From Hydrurus foetidus (Eukaryota): DNA of 63,214 nucleotides. The notes below the pieces were generated by a model, which searched no databases, had not been told where the DNA came from, and saw nothing but the letters and a program-made list of their open reading frames with translations. The stretch covers positions 186,001 to 249,214 of the forward strand of contig UYFQ01000779.1 in the NCBI GenBank assembly GCA_900617105.1, in the 5' to 3' direction. The position numbers were made by a program, and so were the translations under genes. This document shows, in pieces, positions 61,234 through 63,214 of this stretch (positions within the stretch are counted from its first letter, which is position 1; each line of letters begins with the position of its first letter).

Positions 61234-62979
61234 GTGACTTTTAGGTTTAACTATATTATCTTTTTCATATTGCTATTTTGCATTACTATAAAGGCAAACT
61301 ACTGCACTCTCTCAAACCCCAAAATGAGAAGTTAATCGATACCAATATAACACGCTCTTTAGAGGAGAAAAAAAGCATTTACTATACCAACCCTCAAAAA
61401 GGGATAATGCTTATTGATAGCTTGTGCGATTATTACTTACAGTTTAATAAAACAAATGAATATTATATTGCAAAGATTAGGCTAGCACATTGCTACACTT
61501 TTTTACAAAAAGATTATAAGGCAATTAATATTTATGAATCTTGCTTAAAATATTTCTCTCAAAAACGATAGTTTAAGATTGTTTCATATTTACACTGGTA
61601 TTGGAAATACATATTATAATTCTAAAGGAAGAAAGAAAAGCAATATTAAATTATAATCTGGCTTGCCAGTTTTGTGATGAAGTTAAGTATCCTCATCACG
61701 AATTTTAAACTTACTTAATGCTGCAAATTGCTATGCAAAAATGATCAGTTCGACACGGCTTTTATTTATTATAAACACGCTGAACAGTTGCTCGTATAGT
61801 AAAAAAGGAGAATCCATATAGACTAAAATTATCTTATGCTTATGCTCATAGCCGTAGTAAGAAATTTACATTGGCTATAGAAGAAGCAATGGCATTGGCA
61901 TATTACAGAAAAGAAAGTGATGTTCATTCAGTAATGCTGGGTTATGAAATTCTGGGATTAAGTTATCTTGGGTTAAAGAATTTTAATTTGGCTAAAATTT
62001 ATATTGATTCTACTGCTGCATTAAACAATCAATTTGGCTCTGCAAAGATTCGTATGATATTATAGATTACTATAAGATAGATACAACAATGCACGATTAT
62101 AAGTCTGCCAATAAACATTTATTGCAAATGTTTGTGTTGAACGATAGTTTATACAAACGTGATAAAGTAGAACTAACGAGTGATTTTGCTTTATAAAATA
62201 TGGAACAGAAAGAAAGGAAGCAGAAAAAGAAATTTTGAAAATTGAAAATGAGAAAGAAGCAGTATTATCACTTGGCAAAGACGATTAATAGGTTAACGAT
62301 ATACTAGCAATCTTGATAATAGCAATTTTGTTCTTTTATTTCGTTTCAGAAATCAGCAACAGAAAAACTTTGCTGAAAAGAGAAAATAGCATCGGAATTA
62401 AAAGCTTTAAAAGCCCAGTTAAATCCACATTTTATTCAAATATATTTCAAATTATTGCGAATCAGGTAGCCATTAACTAACTGAAGTTTCAATTTTTTAC
62501 AAAAACATCCAATTATTTTAGAAGCGTTTTAAATGGTACAGATAAAATATTCAAAGCTTGGAGGATGAGGTATTATTTACAGAAAAATACCTGTAATTTC
62601 AACAGTCTTTATTTCATAACCAGTTAACCTATGAAATTAAAATAGACGATAATATTGATAGCTTTGGTACTACAGTGCCAACTATGCTATTGCAGCCATT
62701 TGTAGAAACAGCATAAAATATGGATTGCAATTATCTAATCAACCAACAAATATTTTAATTCATTTTACAAAGGATAAAGCATACCTAAACATTTGTATTA
62801 CAGATAATGGTATATCAGCATCAAATGCTACAAGCCTTAATGACAAATCTTAAAATGCTTTAATTACAAAACGTTTAAATTTGTTTTATAAAAATTCAAC
62901 ACATCCAAAACTAAGTTCAAAAATTTTAGGAAAACAATGTTTTCAGGTAAATATATCGCTGCCACTTGAAGAGGATTAG
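61234..62979 (+). CDS. TPR-containing sensor histidine kinase (LytS/YehU-type)
   Basis: ELKALKAQLNPHFIQ, LEDEVLF..KYL, VPTMLLQPFVE, ITDNG. Confidence 0.85.
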
Positions 62980-62988
62980 TAGTATAAA

Positions 62989-63214
62989 ATGAATAAAACA
63001 AGAATTATACATATAGATGACGAGGCTGCAACACTACAGTTTTGCAAATCTGTTTTCTTACAAAGTAATTCAATAGATTATGACAGAGGGATTCACAAAT
63101 GCAGTTGATGCTATTGTTTTTAAAAGACTTCAAAGAAGATATTGTTTTTGCGATATAGAAATGCCAGAATACAATGGTTTTGGTTTGCAGATAACTTGTT
63201 CTTACAATATTCCA
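62989..63214 (+). CDS. Response regulator receiver domain (probably LytTR family), runs off window end
   Basis: IIHIDDE...DIVF.DIEMPEYNG, directly after a LytS-type kinase. Confidence 0.8.

Noticed and set aside
1..63214. Mass pseudogenisation, programmed frameshifting or an alternative genetic code
   Set aside because: Breaks are single-base indels, often in homopolymers, and also hit essential rpsB, rpsI, rplM and tsf. This points to long-read error; normal stop codons end genes at the expected places.

Overview
AT-rich Bacteroidota (Chitinophagaceae-like) chromosomal window. The lineage is inferred from TAnnTTTG promoters, a T9SS C-terminal domain and the rplM-rpsI-rpsB-tsf gene order. 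Nearly every gene, including ribosomal-protein genes and tsf, is broken by single-base indels, most likely uncorrected long-read errors. I reconstructed genes across these frameshifts by eye, so gene ends are approximate. Layout: (1) 1-6.2 kb, an uncharacterised operon (ATP-grasp ligase, PLP decarboxylase, urea-transporter/M23 fusion, putative beta-barrel, TPR protein) interrupted by a four-helix-bundle gene between inverted heptamer tracts. (2) 6.2-23.7 kb, a repeat-rich accessory region with an IS4 remnant, rmuC, a truncated BRO gene and a MORC/Z1/DUF4420/AIPR (Mza-like) restriction locus carrying two C5 methyltransferases, an HNH gene and a decayed vsr, plus an osmC-yjdJ-yjdI cluster. It also contains unusual non-coding structure: a 43-bp hairpin unit at the same position of a REP-like element in 0, 1, 2 or 9 copies, and a triplicated ~333-bp unit with a predicted pseudoknot. 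(3) 23.8-50 kb, housekeeping genes. (4) 50.5-60.8 kb, a ~3400-aa T9SS-secreted repeat protein with domains nested inside Ig-like repeats, followed by a LytS/LytTR-type two-component pair.
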